In this document: one piece after another, positions 57,994 to 64,000 of the stretch
Layout: every line of letters starts with the position of its first letter
Numbering within the stretch: the first letter of the stretch is position 1
Origin: Octopus vulgaris
Lineage: Eukaryota
Direction of reading: 5' to 3'
Length of the DNA stretch: 64,000 nucleotides
Assembly (NCBI GenBank): GCA_951406725.2
Contig: OX597832.1
Coordinates: 59,334,001 to 59,398,000, forward strand
Position numbers and translations under genes: made by a program
The notes under the pieces: generated by a model
Told to the model about the DNA's origin: nothing
The model's input: the letters and a program-made list of their open reading frames with translations, nothing else
Database searches by the model: none

Positions 57994-58870
57994 GTATATA
58001 TACATATATATGTATATATACATATATATATATATACATTATGGCTGCCCCCTCGTTATCGTGTATGGCCATTGCACGAAGCTTAACTGTTACTGGTGCT
58101 GTGATCGAATGTGACTTTTTAGCCCAGCTAAAGATCTACAATGTCTTGTACAAAATTGGCAACTAAAACCTTTACTGGTAATAGCCGGCTGTAGTTTTAA
58201 CTGGGCTTCATGTACCTTTGCATCAGTTGAGACTCACAGCACTATCAACAATCATGAATTAGTTAATCACTTTAATCAATCCAATGTAGTTATTGTGCAA
58301 TACCTGTGCAAAAAGATATTTTTTTAAAGTGAGGAAAGGCTGTGCACTGAGTCAATCCCACTCACTAAGCAACAGCAGCCATAATCCGAAAAGAAGAACA
58401 ACTCAACATCATCGGTAACCAGTGAGCCGCAGGTTTTATGTCAGAGTTATCCCAGTTACCTGAGTTGCTTTCTCCTAGAAGGATGTCCTAACAAAGGCTA
58501 GGAGTCCTTCACTCCCAATGGTTTAACCGCGCGATCGGGTATTCAGTCCGATTATTTCTATGTCCCCGCGCATGATACAGCCTTAAGTCTTCAGAAAAAA
58601 AAACATTTATTGGATGGCCGTTGACTCTCGAGAGTTCCTCCGCCCTTTGACGTGTTTTGTTTTTCGTCCTTCAGGGTGTCCAATAAACAGCCTCCTCACC
58701 AAGCAAGCTTGTTGGGGTTGCCGGTTTAGTCGCCGACGACCCGACCATGCAACACGTTGTTCTGGGTTACATGTTACCAGTAGCACTCGAAAGTGACCTG
58801 ACATATACATATATATATATATATATATACATATATACATATATATATATGTATATATACACACACACAC

Positions 58871-58963
<93 letters not shown>

Positions 58964-59561
58964 GATGGACTTTTTCCATTTTCCGTGGCCCAAGGTTTTA
59001 GCAGAATACTCTTGCCCAAAGCGCCACGCAGTGACACTGAACCCGGAACCAGTCGGTTGGAGAGCAAGATTCTTACCACAGAGACACACCTGCGCCTATA
59101 TATAATTATATTATTTCGAGTATAGAGATACGTCTTGAATAGCTGTTATTGTGGTAAAGTTGTTTGTGAATTATTGGTTTCATACAAATATAATGGTTTC
59201 GTCATGGTTTTTAATGTAAAAAAATATTATGCATAATTGTATTTGTTAGTTTAATTTCCTTGTTTTCAAGCAAGTCTCATAAATGGTATGAATAATTAGT
59301 TAGGACATTGTTATAATATATTCTTTAGATTCATTTGGTGTATAATTATTTAGATAATTAAGTAAATAGTAATTGAGACACAAACAAACACACACACACG
59401 CGCGCATAAGCAGACATGACAGACAGTCAGACAGACTGACAGACACACACACATAGAGAAACATGTGTGTGTGTGTATGTATATATATACATATATATAC
59501 ATATATATATACATACACACATATAAATGTATATGAATATATATGAATATTATATATATAT

Positions 59562-59646
<85 letters not shown>

Positions 59647-59647
<1 letters not shown>

Positions 59648-59945
59648 GGAGGCGCAATGGCCCAGTGGTTAGGGCAGCGGACTCGCGGTCGTAGGATCGT
59701 GGTTTCGATTCCCAGACCAGGCGTTGTGAATGTTTATTGAGCGAAAACACCTAAAGCTCTACGAGACTCCGGCAGGGGGTGGTGGCGATCCCTGCTGTAC
59801 TCTTTCGCCACAACTTTCTCTCACTCTTTCTTCTGTTGGCCTGCTCTCTTAGCCAGTGGGGTGGCGTCATTTGAAGGCTAAAACAATGCGAAGAGCATTG
59901 TGACCAGCGATGTGTAGCAACATCTGATAGCCTGGTCGGTCACGG
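59647..59945 (+). mobile_element. SINE family B
   Basis: Head and body match; different 3' tail. Confidence 0.8.
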
Positions 59946-60037
59946 TGATCACGGTGATATATATACACATACATATACATATATACAAACATACATGCAT
60001 ACATACGTACATACGAACATACGAACATATATCCATC

Positions 60038-60520
60038 TACGCTGGACTATGGAAAGATCTAAAGTTATTTTACCCAGATTACAAGTTCATGCTCATACCT
60101 GTAATTATTGGGGCCCTGGGATACGTATCACACTGCCTAAATACCAATCTTGAAAAATTAGTCTTCTCAAAACCAGAAAGGAGAAAGCTATTTTGAAGGC
60201 TACAGACCCAATCCATCATTGGAACAGTTATTCTATAAGACTTCCCAGAAGTGTATCATTTAAATGTATAATGAGCATGTCTAGATAAGCTACTATATGC
60301 ATGAGAATATGAACATGAAGCAAAACATACAAATCTGCACATATACTTACATACATGCATACATACATACATACATACATACGTATATACGTAAATGCAT
60401 ACACACAAAATTACCCTCTTGTTGACGTTGAAATTCCAATGAAGGAGGCTTGGATCTAGGTTAGAAACCGGCTCTTTCTCTATTGGTAAGAAATCTTGAA
60501 ATAAAACTGAACAATGATAT
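60038..60520 (+). mobile_element. 5'-truncated RLE-type (R4/NeSL/HERO-like) LINE 3' fragment
   Basis: Translates YAGLWKDLKLFYPDYKFMLIPVIIGALGYVSHCLNTNLEKL...KLF*RLQTQSIIGTV, the IPVIIGALG/Q...IGT signature of the RLE C-terminus. Followed by a 3' UTR containing (TACA)n. Right boundary approximate. Confidence 0.75.
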
Positions 60521-60529
60521 ACATACATA

Positions 60530-60580
<51 letters not shown>

Positions 60581-60937
60581 CATATATAGTTGAATTTTAC
60601 AGAAAAACAAAAGACGAAGACAGGTTTATGAACAACAAGTAGGTGCATTATTTTGATGCTCGGCCAAGTGAGAAAGTTTTTTACATTTCGAGCCTATGCT
60701 CTTCAATAGAAAGGCATAAGAGAAAATAAACACACAGAGAATTATTTTTAATGTGGATTTAGCGGTCAAGCATGACGACTGCTTGAAAAATAAACGGTTT
60801 GACACGAGAGGCTGAAAGAAGGGGAGATAATAAAGTATCGGTGATCCCAAAACATGCCGAAACGTTAAGTTACGGAGACGTAAACACACCAACATCGGTT
60901 GTGAAGCGATGAAGGAGGAAGAAACACACATACACAT

Positions 60938-61010
<73 letters not shown>

Positions 61011-61547
61011 GATGTGTGTGTGCCTATATCTATCTATCTAGCTATCTACACACAAACACACTCACAAACAAACACACACACATATTTATAAAACACTCCG
61101 TTAGGGGTTTGGGGCTTAGGAAAAACATCTAGCCGCAAAATCCCTGCGAAAAGTGATAGCGGTGCCTAATTCAGTCTCCTGCATACACAGCCTCTATCAA
61201 ACTGTCTAACCCATGCCAGCAGGGAAAAATGGACATTAGAAAATGATGGTGATGATGATGATGATGATGATGATGATGACGACGACGATGATGCTGATAA
61301 TGAGGAAGAAGAGATTGATATACCTAGGCATATATATACGACAGTCTTCTTTCGGTTTCAATCTACCAACTCCGTTCAAAAGGTTGTGGTCTGCTCCAGG
61401 CAATAGTAGAGCACACTTGCCCAAGGTACCACGCAGAGGAACTGAACGCGAAACTCTGTCCTTGTATTACGCAGTACCTCGGCTTACGAACAACTCTGAT
61501 CACGAATAAATGGTGCTTTATCTCCTCTTCATTTCGTACAGTAGTAC

Positions 61548-62312
61548 AAGGTGGCAAGCTGGCAGAAACGTTAGCACACCGGTCGAAATGCGTAGCCATA
61601 TTTCGTCTGCAGTTACGTTCTGAGTTCAAATTCCGCCGAGGTCGACTTTGCCTTTCATCCTTTCGGGGTCTATAAACTAAGTACCAGTTACGCACTGGGG
61701 TCGATGTAATCGACTTAATCCGTTTGTCTGTCCTTGTTTGTCCCTTCTGTGTTTAGCCCCTTGTGGGTAGTAAAGAAATAGGTATTTCGTCTGCTGTTAC
61801 GTTCTGAGTTCAAATTCCGCTGAGGTCGACTTTGCCTTTCATCCATTCGGGGTCGATAAACTAAGTACCAGTTACGCACTGGGTCGATGTAATCGACTTA
61901 ATCCGTTTGTCTGTCCTTGTTTGTCCCTTCTGTGTTTAGCCCCTTGTGGGTAATAAAGAAATAGGTATTTCGTCTGCTGTTACGTTCTGAGTTCAAATTC
62001 CGCTGAGGTCGACTTTGCCTTTCATCCATTCGGGGTCGATAAACTAAGTACCAGTTACGCACTGGATCGATGTAATCGACTTAATCCGTTTGTCTGTCCT
62101 TGTTTGTCCCGTCTGTGTTTATCCCCTTGTGGGTAGTAAAGAAATAGGTATTTCGTCTGTTGTTACGTTCCGAGTTCAAATTCCGCCGAGGTCGACTTTG
62201 CCTTTCATCCATTCGGGCTCGATAAATTAAGTACCAGTTGCGTACTGTGGTCGATGTAATCGACTGGCCCCCTCTCACAAAATTCCGACCTTGTGCCTAG
62301 AATAGAAGAGAA
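61548..62312 (+). mobile_element. tRNA-derived SINE (family A), tetrameric with a 183-bp internal period and 11-bp TSD
   Basis: Head ggtggcaagctggcagaaacgttagca; B-box gagttcaaattcc; junction ggtatttcgtc at 61781, 61964 and 62147; TSD tacagtagtac at 61537-61547 and 62313-62323. Confidence 0.88.
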
Positions 62313-62314
62313 TA

Positions 62315-62445
62315 CAGTAGTACCTCGGTTTACGAACACCTCCGATTACGAATAAACGGAGTCGCAAAGGCAAAATATAAGTTAGTCCTTGAGCACACAA
62401 TGTTCCTGAAGGTCAGCTATGGTTTTCCTCGGTCACGAGTGGACG

Positions 62446-62512
<67 letters not shown>

Positions 62513-62562
62513 AGTCATGATTTATTCGTAATCAGAGTCGTTTGAAAACCGAGGTACTTTTG
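62315..62562. mobile_element. Tigger/pogo-like MITE with TA TSD
   Basis: TIRs cagtagtacctcggtttacgaacacctccgattacgaataaa and tttattcgtaatcagagtcgtttgaaaaccgaggtacttttg, with TA on both sides. A solo TIR copy lies at about 61468-61512. Confidence 0.8.
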
Positions 62563-62952
62563 TATATGTTTATTTGTATATGTGTGAATATATGTATGTA
62601 TGTTTGTTGTGTCCGTTTAAATTTAAATGTTTGATATCAATGAATGCGGCCTTGGAATGGTGGTGAAGTGTTTAAACTTGTAATGAGAGAAGAAACCGTA
62701 AGAAATATTTATAAGGAACGCTGGCTAATACAGCAACGTGTCGATTTAATTTATTTTAATTTTGTAATTTAGGTGAGAGATAACTCAGCTTACTTATAAT
62801 AGGGTATAATGAAATCTCCTACACACAAGAGACACCCCATAGAAACGCACATACACACACACAAACACACACAGGTATTCATTCATATATGCATAAGCAC
62901 ATACATATATAACACACGTAAATACATACACTCACACACACATACATATATA

Positions 62953-62996
<44 letters not shown>

Positions 62997-63125
62997 AGAA
63001 AGTTAGAGAGAAGTGACAGACTAAGAGAGAGACAGATAGATAGTCAAATATCTATGGATATATATATGTGTGTGTGTGTGCATATATATGAATAAAAATA
63101 TATGAGCGTGTATGTATGAAGAGTA

Positions 63126-63232
<107 letters not shown>

Positions 63233-63366
63233 TTCACAACTCTTTACAGCTATCTAGGCTTCTGTTTGTCTCCTTCCAATTCTTCTTTCTTCATTCGTCT
63301 CGAACCAGAAGCAAAAGATGGTAGATTCAGTGAGAACGTGAGAGACATACAGACAGAGAGACAGAC

Positions 63367-63461
<95 letters not shown>

Positions 63462-63490
63462 AAAATAGATAGATAGGGAGAGAGAGAGAA

Positions 63491-63535
<45 letters not shown>

Positions 63536-64000
63536 AACATAGAGACAGACAGAGAAATAAAGTAATTCATAACTGTTCTAAAATTTTCTCTTTTCCACGC
63601 AATCCTTTTGGGCAAACAATGTGATATTGTGATATAAGTGTAATTATATTTGGAGAAACTCCGACGTGTCCTTTCCTCACATTAAACATCGATCATACAC
63701 GCCAAACATCTCCACTAATAAGATCAATGAAGAAAACGCTGCATGCCGACACTCAACCTAATGTAGTTGGTATTAAAACTAAAAACATTGATTGGTTTAT
63801 GTAACTACTCGTTGCTTACAAAGACAGTCTCATCTAGCTTTAAATACTAATTAAACTGGAAAGATAATTTACATAATTTACACAGAATTGGTTTATCTTA
63901 ATTGGATAGACGTTATTTAGTGATGTCTGTGGTGTATATTATGTATATATTAATGATTTGGTTGTTATTTTTAGCAGAGCGAGTCATCATGCTGGAGGTC

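Noticed and set aside
60440-60490. Hammerhead-like gaaaccgg(c/t)tc with an upstream hairpin in the RLE LINE 3' UTR
   Set aside because: No CUGANGA-like core and no adjacent stem I.

Overview
AT-rich, microsatellite-saturated metazoan DNA. The repeat landscape (tRNA-derived SINE families, (TA)n/(CA)n/(AAT)n/(TAGA)n/(TACA)n tracts, an RTE LINE) is most consistent with an octopus or other cephalopod; this is an inference. No host protein-coding gene can be supported, and nearly all ORF-track entries are microsatellite or SINE artefacts. Recognisable coding DNA is limited to a full-length but disabled RTE/BovB-type LINE (19044-22899, 11-bp TSD) and two remnants of restriction-like-endonuclease LINEs (R4/Dong-like at 3791-4254; another at about 60038-60250). 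The main discovery is at least six distinct non-coding mobile element families built around minimal type-I hammerhead ribozymes. All have a palindromic stem III, which predicts dimeric cleavage, and together they show C3-G8, G3-C8 and U3-A8 core variants. They include a 533-537-bp tandem retrozyme-like repeat forming a 2.66-kb head-to-head array (37137-39795) with a second locus at 6087-7070, a 337-bp retrozyme-like unit, and a tRNA-headed (Pol III) SINE carrying a hammerhead. These elements sit in or next to microsatellites, and several contain fold-back inversions whose junctions fall in or next to the ribozyme. Also present: multimeric SINEs, a non-autonomous Helitron, mariner/Tigger-type MITEs and a candidate CRE/YY1/ETS promoter cluster. 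All structures were derived by eye and none has been computed or tested.
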